Origin: Mobula hypostoma
Taxonomy: Eukaryota
NCBI RefSeq assembly: GCF_963921235.1
Contig: NC_086097.1
Location: 237,152,001-237,216,000, forward strand
DNA length: 64,000 nt
Reading direction: 5' to 3'
Part shown: one piece after another, positions 27,090-39,530 of the stretch
Layout of the letters: each line of letters opens with the position of its first letter
Position numbering within the stretch: the stretch's first letter is position 1
Translations under genes and position numbers: made by a program
Notes under the pieces: model-generated
Databases searched by the model: none
Seen by the model: only the letters and a program-made list of their open reading frames with translations
What the model was told of the DNA's origin: nothing

Positions 27090-27665
27090 TCTATTGCCAC
27101 ACTCTGGTTGGAGGAACAGCACCTCATATTCTGTCCGAGTGGCTTACAACCTGATGGCATAAACATCAACTTCTCTAACTTTCAGTAATTTCTCCCCTCC
27201 CCCCGTTCCGGCTCTCCTCTTGCCCCTTCACTTCTCATCTGCTCATCACCCCCCACAGGTGCCCCTCTCCTTCATGTTCTCTAATGCTCCATTCTCCTGT
27301 CCTATCAGATTCCTTCTTCTTCAATCCTTTACCAGTTACACCTATCTCCTCCCAGCTTCTTACTTCAAGCCCATCCCCTAGCTACTGACCTACCACCTAC
27401 CAGCTTGTATTTCCCCTTCCCCCACTTGCTCCTTCTGGCTTCTACTCCCTTCCTTTTCAGTCCTGAATGAAGGGTCTCAGCATGAAACGTTAACTGTTTA
27501 TTCCTCTTCATCAGAGGTTTCTAACCTTTTTTATGCCATGGACCTGTACCATAAACTGAGAGGTCCCAGACCCCTGCTCTAAATAGATGATGCCTGACCT
27601 GCTGATTTCCTCAGGAATTTTGAGTTACTGTGGATTTCCAGCATCTGTAGAATCTCCTATGTTGC
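27090..27665 (+). mobile_element. PLE 3' fragment with degenerate hammerhead and a nested mini-hAT MITE
   Basis: LEEQHLIF...LQPDGININFS C-terminus, pyrimidine-rich UTR, cagtcctgaatgaagggtctcagcatgaaacgttaactg. Confidence 0.75.
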
Positions 27666-27694
27666 TTATTACCACAGTCACTCAGACCAGCAAA

Positions 27695-28370
27695 AAACTC
27701 ACTCTAGGCGACGTTCAGTGAGACCCACTCTCACTGCTCCCCCTCTGTGATCTCCGACTCTCTCCGACTCTTCGACCACATCCTGACTCAGACCCGCTAC
27801 CACAGACACGTCTCCTTCCTGGGAATGTGTCTCTGCCGCCACCCACTTCAACTCTGCTTCCCACTCCCATTCAGAAATGTCCATACATGGCCTCCTCTAC
27901 TGCCATGATGAGGCTAAACTCAGGCTGGAGGAGCAACACCTCATATACCATCTAGGTAGCCTCCAGCCCCTTGGTATGAACATAGAATTCTCCAACTTCC
28001 GGTAATTCCTTCCCCCTCCCTTCCCCTATCCCTATGTCACTTTGCCCCCTCCCCCAGCAGCCTACCACCTCCCTCATGGTTCCGCCTCCTTCTACTACCC
28101 ATTGTGTTTTCCCCTATTCTTTCTTCACCTTTCCTAACTATCACCTCCCTGCTTCCCCTCCCCCACCCCTTTATCTTTCCCTTTACTGGTTTTTCACCTG
28201 GAACCTACCAGCCTTCTCCTTCCCATCCTCCCCCCACCTTCTTCATAGGGCCTCTACCCCTTCCCCCTACAGTCCTGACGAAGGGTTCCGGCCCGAAACG
28301 TCGACTGATCTTTTCCACAGATGCTGCCCGACCTGCTGAGTTCCTCCAGCGTGTTGTGAGTGTTGCATAA
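27695..28370 (+). mobile_element. PLE 3' fragment (end of GIY-YIG ORF plus UTR)
   Basis: HFNSASHSHSEMSIHGLL...RLEEQHLIYHLGSLQPLGMNIEFS*, pyrimidine-rich UTR, hammerhead near the end. Confidence 0.8.
28270..28307 (+). ncRNA. Minimal type-I hammerhead ribozyme motif (intact core)
   Basis: cagtc CTGACGA agggttccggccc GAAA cgTC gactg. Confidence 0.75.
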
Positions 28371-28412
28371 ACTGAAGCTGATGGGCAAGTCTAAATTGTA
28401 TGCAAAATGTTA

Positions 28413-28580
<168 letters not shown>

Positions 28581-28744
28581 TCAACAGAGTGAAAATAATG
28601 CGCTGACACATATACTGGACTGTCATCAACACAGTTTAGAATTTTAAAACAATAACAAAAATACCAATCATATTTTCTTGGCAAGAAATAGAAGACAAGT
28701 GCTTAATTTTTGCCTCAACATTAGTTTTGGGCTAGTTTGGATGA

Positions 28745-29430
28745 GGATAAGACCATAAGACAAAGGAGCATAATTAGGCCATTCAGCCCATCAAGTCTGC
28801 TCCACCATTCCATCATGGCTGATTTATTATCCCTCTCAACCCCATTGTCCTGCCTTCTCCCTGTAATCTTTGACACACTGACTAACCAAGAACCCATCAA
28901 CCTCTGCTTTAAATATACTCAATAATTTGGCTTCCACAGCTGTCCAAGGCAAAAAATTCCACAGATTGACCACCCTCTTGCTAAAGAAATTCCCCCTCAT
29001 CCCTGTTCTAAATGGACAACCTTCTGTGCCCTCTGGTCCTGGATTCCCCCACTACAGGAAATACCCTCCCCACATCCACTCTATCTAGGCCTTTCAACAT
29101 TTGATGGATTTCAGTGATTTCCCCTTCATTCTTCAAATCCCAGTGAATACAGGCCCAGAGCCATCAAACACTCCTCATACATCAACTCTCTCATTCCTGA
29201 AATCAGTCTTGTGAACCTCCAGTGGACTCTTTCCAATGCTAGTATATCTTTTCTTAGATAAGGGGGACCAAAATTGCTCATAATGCACCAAGTGTGTTCT
29301 GACCAATGCCTTATATTACATCCTTGCTTTCATATTTTAGTCCACTGAAAATGAATGCTATCATTGCATTTGTCTTCCTCACTACTGACCTAACCTGTAA
29401 GTTAATCTTTCGGGAATCCTGCATCAGTAC
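28745..29430 (-). mobile_element. CR1 3' fragment
   Basis: Reverse complement of the CR1 ORF2 end and UTR seen elsewhere; ataagaccataaga tail. Confidence 0.8.
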
Positions 29431-30234
29431 TCCCAAATTTCATGATACATGTCAGTGATATTAAACCTGATTCTGACTCTTGATTCTGAGAAATCAGTTA
29501 CGAATTGCTCTCAGGTGTTCAGGTTTAACAGATTGTTATTCACATATGAGGACTTGCGGAAGTATATCTGTTCTAAGAGGCAACCTCAGCCACTGCTATC
29601 TTTGCAAGGGATTGCAAAAATCTGTTTTTCATTAGAAACCAACTGTCAACATGCTGGTTTAAGTTGGTGCTGGTGAGGCACAGCGACAACTTGTTGGTAC
29701 TCAACAAAGCAAACAAAATTATAAATTATTGTATTAATCACACTTTTTCTGTTGAATGATCACTAAAGTCAATAGCCTCAACTCCCTTTTGGAGCTGAGC
29801 TTTTGAACGGCCTATAAGACCTGGCATTTTTACAGTGTGAACTGAAGACTTGAAGGTGCAGTACAGTTGTAGCGTGGTGGGTATGGGCCGAATCGAGGAG
29901 GCAGGGCCCAGACCCAAGAGCGGGGAATGAGCCAACACTTGGCCACTGATGGAACAGACTTGGATGCGATTCGATGTGGCAGAAGTGAGGAGAGTGGAGG
30001 TGGCAGGGCCTGAGCCAGGTCTGACAGTGAGGTTTGGCCGATTTATACGCCAGGCCAAATTGAAAGGGTCAGGGTATCAGGGGCAGAGGCGATGGGCGGG
30101 CTAGTTCAGTTCATTGCTCCACAAGGTTTACTCGACTCTAGACAGGACTGAGGCTGTGGTCTGCAACTAATGGACTGATGACTGGCTTAGTGGCTGCGGA
30201 CTCGCTTTTGTGAACTACAGTTCTGAATGTTATT

Positions 30235-30975
30235 TAGAAACATAGAAAATCTACAGCACAATACAGGCCCTTCGGCCCACAAAGTTGTGCTGAACATGTT
30301 CCTACCTTAGAAAGTACTAGGGTTACCCGTAGCCCTCTATTTCTCTAAGCTCCATGTACCTATCCAAAAGTCTCTTAAAAGACCCTATTGTATCCGCCTC
30401 CACCACCGTTGCCGGCAGCCCATTCCACGCACTCAGTACACTCTGCGTAAAAATCCTACCCCTGACATCTCCTCTGTACCTGCTTCCCAGCACCTTAAAA
30501 CTGTGCCCTCTTGTGGCAGCCATTTCAGCCCTGGGAAAAAGTCTTTGACCATCCATATGATCAATCTCTCTCATCATCTTATACACCTATATCACGTCAC
30601 CTCTCATCCTCCATCGCTCCAAGGAGAAAAGGCTGAGTTCACTCAACCTGTTTTCATAAGGCCTGCTCCTCAATCCAGACAACATCCTTGTACATCTCCT
30701 CTACCCGCTTTCTATGGTTTCCACATCCTTCCTGTAGTGAGGCGACCAAAACTGAGCACAATACTCCAAGTGGGGTCTGACCAGGGTCTTATATAGCTGC
30801 AACGTTAACTGTCGGCTCCTAATTTCAATTCTACGATTGATGAAGGACAATACAGCTTATGCCTTCTTAACCACAGAGTCACCTGTGCAGCTGCTATGGA
30901 CTCGGACCCCAAGATCTCTCTGATCCTCCACACTGCCAAGAGTCTGACCATTAATGGACATTCTGCCATCATATT
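30235..30975 (-). mobile_element. CR1 3' fragment nested in an older repeat
   Basis: ORF 30323..30586 (TRGHSFKV...IFTQSVLSAWNGLP). Confidence 0.85.
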
Positions 30976-31359
30976 TGCTTGCTTTTATTATTTTCACGAT
31001 TTAGTTTTTTTTATGTTTGTTTTTTGATTTTCTTTTAATGGGTTCTTTTGGATTTCTTTATTTTGTGGATGCCTATAAGGAGACGAATCTCTAGATTATA
31101 AATAGTCAACATAATTTGATAATAAATGTACTTTGAGCTTTGAAGAAGGCTTAACTTAGGGTGAGATCTAAGTAGACTGCAGAGCCACTGGGAGGTTCTA
31201 CCAGATTCTAATTTAAATGATCTAATTAGTCTCAAAATAAAGCAACAAGGTTTACATTTTCTTCCAAGTACTAAGAGGCAAATCTGCATCCCCAAAAATA
31301 TGAGTATGATCACCTTGAGTGCACCCTCAGTAGCACTCAAGCAACCTGGTTGTTGAACT

Positions 31360-32560
31360 TTCCAGAAGCAAGGTGTCTGCAGAAGGACTTCCACAAATTA
31401 GGAGAATCGGTAAAGTAGTGGCAGATGGAATATAGTGCAGGGAAGTGTATGGTCATGCACTTTGGTTGAAGGAATAAAGGAATAGACTATTTTCCAAACA
31501 GGAAAAAGTAAAATCATTAATCAGAGGTGCAAAAGGACTTGGGAGTCCTCGTGCAGGATTCCCGAAAAGTTAACTTGCAAGTTGAGTCGGTAGTAAGGAA
31601 AGCAAATGCAATGTTAATATTCATTTTGAGAAGACCAGAATATAAAATTGTTTTCCATGGTGGGGGAGTCTAGTACGAGAGGGCATGACTTAAGGATTGA
31701 AGGGCGCCCATTCAGAACAGAGATGTGAAGAATTTTTTTTAGCCAGAGGGTGGTGAATCTGTGGAATTTGTTGCCGCGGGCAGCAGTGGAGGTCAAGTCA
31801 TTGGGTGTATTTAAGGCAGAGATTGATAGGTATCTGAGTAGCCAGGGCATCAAAGGTTATGGTGAGAAGGTGGGGAAGTGGGACTAAATGGGAGAATGGA
31901 TCAGCTCATGATAAAATGGCGGAGCAAACTCAGTGGGCTGAATGGCCAACTTCTACTCCTTTGCCTTATGGTCTTATAAAAGCGAGGGTGTAATGCTGAG
32001 GCTTTATAAGGCTTTGGTCACTCCACATTTTGAGTATTGTGAACAGTTTTGAGTCCAATGCCAAAAAGGATGTTTTGGCATTGAAGTGTTTGATGGCTCT
32101 GGGCCTGTACTCACTAGAATTTAGAAGAAGGGGGAAGTGGAGGGAAATCTCATTGAAAACCTATGTAATATTGAAAGGCCAAGATAGAGTGGATGAGGAG
32201 ATTTTCTATAGAGGGGGAGTTCAGACCAAAGGGCACAACTTCAGAATACAGGGCACCCCTTCAGAACAGAGGTATGGAAGAACTTCTAGAGCTAGAGCGT
32301 GGTGAATCTGTGGAGTCTGTTGCCACAGACAGCTGTAGAAGCTAAGCCCTGGGTACACTTAAAGCAAAGGTTGATAAGTCATTGGGTATATTTAAAGCGA
32401 AGGTTGATAAGCTCTCGATTAGTGATAGTGTCAAAGGTTACGGGGAGAAGTCAGGGGAATGGGGTTGAGAGGGATAATAAATCAGACATGATGGCATGGA
32501 GAAGCAGACTCCATAGACTGAACGGCCTAACTCTACTCCAATGTTTTATAGTCTTGTGGT
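31360..32560 (+). mobile_element. CR1 fragment with a second CR1 3' end nested at about 31645-31978
   Basis: The host phrase gaatataaa|agcgagggtgtaatgctg is split by a younger 3' fragment; tataaa occurs on both sides. Confidence 0.8.
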
Positions 32561-34422
32561 TCTATTATGTCCGACACATCTGAGACTTCACCTTCCTGCA
32601 GTAATAAGGCTGTATCTCCCACAGTTCAAATTTTAGGAGGTATCTTTTCCTGGGAATTTATAATTTGAGCTATAAAACATTGGATAAAATTTAAACCCTG
32701 GGATTTTTATCATATTAACAATAAAATATTAAACATTTTTATAATACTATGATAGTAAAAATAATATTTTAATTTTTATTAAACAAATATAACAATGCAG
32801 TTATAATAATTATTCTCCGATGATGCTTAAGAAGCTTATGAACCACTTAGCCCCGACATCAAAAAGCTTAGTCATTATGGAAAACTATCCTTCCTTCTGG
32901 TATGCGCTTTAGATCACTGTATGCCAGGACAAATAGGTACAAGAACAGTTTCTTTCCCTATGCCATCAGTCTTATGAACACTTGAATTTTAGTCTATTAT
33001 AAACCAAGTCCACCTGTATATACACAGGTATACCTCATTGTACATAGCTCACAATTATTTGAACTATTGTTTTGTTTGCTTTTTGACTCTGTACAGCGAG
33101 AGCTCAGGGAAACTGGCATCAAATTCCCTGTATGTGTCCACATACTTGGCGATAATAAAGGATTCTGGTTCTGATTCTGATTCTGATCTGTAGGTATATT
33201 CAGAAAGAAATGCTTGAAAGAAGTCAGCAGCTTGAAGCAGCAAGATACAATGCTAATATACTCTTAACATTTATATGTTTTCATGTACAACTAATTATTG
33301 GTTTCAGTAGCTAAAAGGCTGAGCACTGAACACCAGCTTTCAATGACGATTTATTACATTTGAAGACCAGAACACAGACTGAGAGAACAATACTGCAAAT
33401 CATAGATTATTATAAATGACTTTGTTAATCTAGCCAGAAAAGCATCATTGATGAAGTACATTGGTTTAAATAAAATGGTTGTAAGACAATGTGGTGCAAA
33501 TATATAATCGATGTACCCTGCAATTTTGTTTTACAGCTCTACAGACCAAACATTGCTCTGAGTAGGAAATTTATACATGGCCTGAAAACTGTTTGGAACT
33601 TTAAATGTTCCTTTCTGTAGATGGGAGTTGGTGTTCAGTGGGCTGGCGGTTTATTATCAATGAGTTACCAGCTTCCATTCTGCATTTATTGTTACAATTT
33701 GTAACAGTGGTGTAACTGACATCGTAAATAAGTTCAAGCTCTAAAATGTTTCAAAGTTAAGGTTGTGGTATGTTTATTACATAGAAAATACATAATTAAT
33801 TACAGGCAACTTCACAGTTATATTAACATAGATTTATTATCATTATACGAGGAATATTCTAGCTGTGAGGCAACAAAGACTCTATGCAGGAGCGTTTCAG
33901 TTACTGCGCAGCTTAGAAAGAACAATGCATATAATGCAAGCACACATATAGAGAGATGAAATAAACCAGCTGTGTGTGCATTTTAGGCGTCTCCCATCTC
34001 TCTTAATTATTCATTCTTTTCCTACTTTTTGAGAAAATAAATATTCAGTCTGTGGTGAGTCTGAAAATAACATGTGAAGAGAAAATGCAGACTTCAGACC
34101 AAGCAAGAAGACTTGTCTGCCAGCTGACTGGTAACCACGGACCAACTGGGGACACCAGCAACGTTACTAGGTACAATGACAGCTAACCAAATCTGTTTGA
34201 AGTGTGAAGAGAATACCAGCCAAAAGCTCAGCAGATAATGTGGGAGTAAGAGTCTCCCAGGGGTATACTTCAGCAAACACTGACACAATTCTTGTAGAGA
34301 AGAGTGAGGCTATGCAGATTCAGTGTTGCATTAGAATTAGAATGGTCTCTCAATGAGTGTAAATAAACACATTAAGGCATGGTGATTAGATTACTGAGCT
34401 AGAGAGTGCAGCTCTTAAACTA

Positions 34423-34580
34423 ACAACACACATACAAGTTGCTGGTGAACCCTTCGTCAGGACTCGGCCTGAAACGTCGACTGAACCTCTTCCTAGAGAT
34501 GCTGCCTGGCCTGCTGCGTTCATCAGCAGCTTGTATGTGTGTTGCTTGAATTTCCAGCATCTGCAGAATTCCTGTTGTTT
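34423..34580 (+). mobile_element. Short PLE-derived insert with 14-bp TSD
   Basis: cagctcttaaacta at 34409-34422 and 34581-34594; 5' inverted segment and a partial hammerhead. Confidence 0.85.
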
Positions 34581-34681
34581 CAGCTCTTAAACTAGTTAGG
34601 CATCAAAGCAATGAGATACCGTAACAATATCAATTTTTAGTAGGACTGAGATCATAAGATGATAAATGGTGCTCAGATTCA

Positions 34682-34860
34682 TCAAAGTTGCTGGTGAACG
34701 CAGCAGGCCAGGCAGCATCTCTAGGAAGAGCTAGTCCTGACGAAGGGTCTCGGCCTGAAACGTCGACTGTACCTCTTCCTAGAGACGCTGCCTGGCCTGC
34801 TGCGTTCACCAGCAACTTTGATGTGTGTTGCTTGAGTTTCCAGCATCTGCAGAATTCCTC
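34682..34860 (+). mobile_element. Short PLE-derived hairpin insert with 13-bp TSD
   Basis: gtgctcagattca at 34669-34681 and 34861-34873; 51-nt inverted arms at 34680-34730 and 34773-34823. Confidence 0.9.
34733..34768 (+). ncRNA. Minimal type-I hammerhead ribozyme motif (intact core) at hairpin apex
   Basis: agtc CTGACGA agggtctcggcct GAAA cgTC gact; predicted cleavage after C34764. Confidence 0.75.
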
Positions 34861-35120
34861 GTGCTCAGATTCAGGCTGGTTCTATTTAAAGCCTTTGTGA
34901 ACACAATCAAGTTTGTCACCAAAGACACTCTCAATCTACAAATGTAATGTGGAAAGCATTCTAATTGGCTGCATCAATATCTGGTATGGAGGGTGGGGTG
35001 GCGACTACACAGGATCAAAGTAAGCTGCTGAAAGTTGTTAACTTGGTCAGCACTAGCTTCACAGGCAGGTAGGATGTCTTCAAGCAGTGATGCCTCAAAA
35101 AAGGCCACATCCATTATTAA

Positions 35121-35320
35121 GCAGGCCAGGCAGCATCTATAGAAAGAGGTACAGTCGACGTTTCGGGCCGAGACCCTTCGTTAGGACACCTGACAGTTAG
35201 TCCTGACAAAGGGTCTCGGCCCAAAACGTCGACTGTACCTCTTCCTATAGATGTTGCCTGGCCTGCTGCGTTCACCTTCTGCGTTTATGTGAGTTGCTTG
35301 AAATTCCAGCATCTGCAGAT
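35121..35320. mobile_element. PLE-derived palindrome with two opposed, mutated hammerheads
   Basis: Minus core reads CTAACGA; plus core reads CTGACAA...cAAAAc. Nested in a Rex-like remnant next to a CR1 tail. Confidence 0.8.
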
Positions 35321-35690
35321 TTAGAAACATAGAAAATAGGTGCAGGAGTAGGCCATTCGGGCCTTCGAGCCTGCACCGCCATTTATTATGATCATGGCTG
35401 ATCATCCAACTCAGAACCCTGCACCAGCCTTCCCTCCATACCCCAGGACATGCCCCCTTCTCATTTTTATCATCAGGAAAGAGGTACAGAAGCCTAAAGG
35501 CACACACTCAGTTATTCAGTAACAGTTTCTTCCCCTCTGCCATCCGATTTCTGAATGGAAGTTGAACCCATCAACACTGCATCACTACTTATTTAATTTA
35601 ACTATATATATAGTATTCCAATGTACTGCAGCTGCAAAAACACCAAATCTCACAACATACGCCAGTGATATTTAACCTGTTTGATTGTGA

Positions 35691-36511
35691 TCATGCTGTC
35701 GTGCATGCAGCCTGGTACAGCCATTCCGATCTATTCTTTTACTTTCTTCTTCTTACTTTTAATTTACGTTATTTTTTGTATTTTTTTTCTCACGGTAACA
35801 CGTCGAAGCTGCACCCTCTCTAACATGCTGGTAGAGAGAGTTTTATTTGGGTTTTCTTTAGCGCTGGAAATGGTTACATCCCGACACGCGGGACAGAAGC
35901 AAGGTCGCATTGTGTATTCCACGGACCAGCAAAGACCGGCCAGCTTAGCTAACAGAGTGGTGGACACCCTCACTCAAATCCAGAGGAAAACACACAGAGG
36001 GGATTACAAAGCTGAGGGAAGAGGACCGGGTCGAGACAACAGAGGCTTTTGGAGAAGAGGAGTTCGGTGGGTAATACCATTCCGCCTGACCAGAAGTGCA
36101 CTGAGAGTGGTAAGCGTAAAGGAGTTGGGTGCTTACTGATCTGGTTAACAAGGGATGGTGCAATCCGGGGTATATTACGATCGAGGAACGTGTTTGCAGA
36201 CTGGATATTGAACTATTTACTGTTGGACTTCGGCCACATTCCACCGTAATAAAACACTTGGCAGCATGGGAGGTCATTCCTGCCTGTGGCCATTGATCGT
36301 GCAGCTCCTCCCGTGGAGGATCGGACACCCTGAGCCAATGGACTGGTCCTGGACTTATTTTCCATCTGGCATAGTTTTGCATTTTGTTGTTTGACTTTTG
36401 GGGTTTATTTGTATTGCTATACTTACGCTCTATTCTTGGTTGGTGTGGCTGTAACAAAACCAAATTTCCCTCGGGATTAATAAAGTTTACCTATCTATTT
36501 ATCTATCTATC
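35691..36511 (+). mobile_element. Internally deleted Rex/L2-like element with 5' leader and (ATCT)n tail
   Basis: ttgtga on both flanks (35685-90 and 36512-17); ends caaatttccctcgggattaataaagt followed by (atct)n. Confidence 0.55.
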
Positions 36512-37584
36512 TTGTGAACCACGATCAGTGAGATTATTCAGAATCTCTGAAGGAATCTTCTTGGCACAGCCAAGAAGGGCCAAAAAGCCTGTTTCTGTGC
36601 TGTAGTTTTTCTATGGAATTAAGTAGCAGTGGGTGCGCAGATGCTGGAAATACAAAGCGATGCATTCACAACATGCTGGAGGAACTCAGCAGGCAAGGCA
36701 GTATCTGTGGAAAAGAATAAACAGCCGATGTTTTGGGCCGAGACCCTTTATCAGGACCCTTCAAAACACAATATTTCATAATGGGTTATACCCCTGCTCA
36801 AAGCGATTTAAGACGCAATTCAACATTGCTTAGCTAAGTCTTGAGAGGTCAGTGAAAGAAGTAAGTAAAAAAGAAGCAAAATTGAAAATAAATTGCTTTA
36901 AATTTTTCAGCAGAGTTTGTATGTTAACAAGATTTGGCATTCAGAAATGAGTATATTTGACAGGATATAATGCAAAGGTATCTCTTTGGAAAACGGGAGA
37001 CATTGTTATAAGAGAACACTGAAAATATTTAATCCCTATCAGTCATGTACAGTTAAACGTTGAAGGGTTTTGTGATCATGAATGTATACCAGATATTAAT
37101 TAGTCAGAGGTTGTAGAATAAAGATGAGCGGGTTCTCCTGAACTGAATCAAGAAGGAAACAACAATGGCCTTCACTCCTTTGAGAAGATCAAAGAGAAAA
37201 CCTGTAGAACTATTAAATACTGTTTCCTTTTAAGAAAGAGAAAGGATGTTGTGTACATAAATATGGAAAGTAGGAATGATATCTCAACACACACACAGAA
37301 CAGCTGGCGAACTTAATAAGCAAGATGCACAGGTCGATAAGTCTGTCAGTGATTCATTGTATTCCTGGCACTACATTCCATTAGAATAAGAACCCGCATA
37401 TAAATTCATAGATTACATGAAGACTGAAGAGATGAGATTTTTTTTGAAAGAAAAATAATCAGCACATTATTCAATGTGTTGATTATCTCTCTGGAGTCTA
37501 TAATAACTCTGAAGGTGAATTGAGTTTTTTTCTTCATAAAACGAATCATCATCTCCAGGACTTTGGGAGTCGTCAGGTACAAAG

Positions 37585-39110
37585 TGACTTGGGAGTCCTC
37601 ATGCAGGATTTTCTAAAGCAGGGGTTTCCAACCTGGGGCCCATGGCATGAAAAAGGTTGGGAACCTCTGCCCTAAAAGTTAACTTGCAGGTGAGGAAGGC
37701 AAATGAAATATTAGCATCCATTTCAAGACGACTAGAATATAAAAGCAAGGATGTAATGCTAAGGCTTTATAAGGCACAGGTGAGGCCTCACTTAGAATAT
37801 AGTGAGCAGTTTTGGGCCCCTTATCTGAGAAACAATGTGCTCTTATTAGAGAGGGTTCAGAGGAGGCTCATGAGAAGGATTCTTGGAATTAAAGGGTTCT
37901 CATATGGGGAGCATGTGTTGGCTCTGGGCCTCTACTTGCTGGAATTTTGAAGAATGAGGGGGGAATCTCATTGAAACCTACCAAATGTTGAAAGGCATAG
38001 ATAGAGTGAATGTGTAGAGGATGTTTCCTATAGTGGGAGGGTCTTGGTCTGGAGGACACAGCCTCAGAATAGAAGGACATCCTTTAGACCATAAGACCAT
38101 AAAACCGTACGTTATAGGAGTAGAGGTAGGCCGTCTGGTCCATCAAGTCTACTCCGCCATTCAGCCATGGGCTGATCCCCTCTCCCCTGCCTTCTCCCCA
38201 TACCCTTTGATGCTCTGGCTAATCAAGAACCTATCTATCTTTGCCTTAAATGCACCCAATGACACAGCTGCTCGTGGCAAAAATTCCACAGATTTACCAC
38301 CCTCTGATTAAATTAATTTCTCTGCATCTCTGTTCCGAATGGACGTCCTTCAATCCTGAAGTCGTGCCCTCTTGTCCTGGACTCCCCTACCATGGGAAAT
38401 AACTTTGCCATATCTAATCCGTTCAGGCCTTTTAACATTTGGAAAGTTTCTATGAGATCCCCTTCATTCTCCTGAACTCCGGGGAATACAGTCCAAGAGC
38501 TGCCAGACATTCCTCATACAGTAACCCTTTCATTCCTGGAATCATTCTCATGAATCTTCTCTGAATTCTCTCCCATGTCAGTATATCCTTTCTAAAATAA
38601 GGAGCCCAAAACTGCACACAATACTCCAAGTGCCGTCTCTTATAGACCCTCAACATCACATCCCTGCTCTTATACTCTTTACCTCTAGAAATGAATGACA
38701 ACATTGCATTTGCCTTCTTCACTACTGACTCAACCTGGAGATTAACCTTTAGGGTATCCTGCACAAGGACTCCTAAGTCCCTTTGCATCTCTGCATCTTG
38801 AATTCTCTCCCCACCTAAATAATAGTCTGCCCCTTTAGTCTCCATTTAGAATGGAGATAAGGAACAATTTGTTTAGCCAGGGGGTGATGAATCTGTAGCA
38901 TTGTTGCCACAGGCAGCTTTGAAGGCCAGGTCATTGGGTGTACTTAAAGTAGAGGGTGATAGATTCTTGATTAGATAGGGCATGAAAGGTTACAGGGTGA
39001 AAGCAGTGGAATGGGGTTGAGAGGGAAAATAGATCAGTCATGATGAAATGGCAGAACAGACTTGATGGGCTGAATGGCCCATATTCTGCTCCTATCTCTT
39101 ATTGTCTAGT
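37585..39110. mobile_element. Plus-strand CR1 interrupted by a minus-strand CR1 (about 38088-38842) and a mini-hAT MITE (37619-37669)
   Basis: ORFs 37657..37950 (+) and 38450..38845 (-) both read as CR1 ORF2; the host resumes at ccatttagaatggagat. Confidence 0.85.
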
Positions 39111-39530
39111 GGACCTCCTGGTAATTTCACAATAAAGTGTCAGAAATTATTAACTGAAGTCATTTCATATCACATCACAACAAGAAAAAGTTGTAAACAA
39201 TGAAGCAAAGAAATCTTCAACACCATCACAACCTTGCCCACTCACAGAAACCTGCTTGCAGGGAAAATTTAAATTTTTTGGTGGACATGTTTTGTCATTT
39301 TAATAGTGGGCCAAATGGTGCTGGTTTTCACTGGTCATTCAAATTATCACCTTTGACATTCAGCTATGTGTATGATTTAACTCACAATCTTCCAAACAAA
39401 CAGTGATATGCTAAGTCTGGGAACAACTGATGGATTCGCTCCCTCTTGACTCTCCAGAAAACTAAAGCCAGTGCCAGGCCAGAAGTAGCTCAGCATCCAA
39501 GATCCCAGTGTAATTTCAATAAGAATTGTG

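Noticed and set aside
34630..34900. Twin ORFs with identical N-termini on opposite strands (also 5532..5955)
   Set aside because: A by-product of the inverted repeats, not of protein coding.
35681..36463. Overlapping 152-aa and 172-aa ORFs as a nested gene
   Set aside because: They lie within a repeat-bounded retroelement-like unit; no domain recognised.
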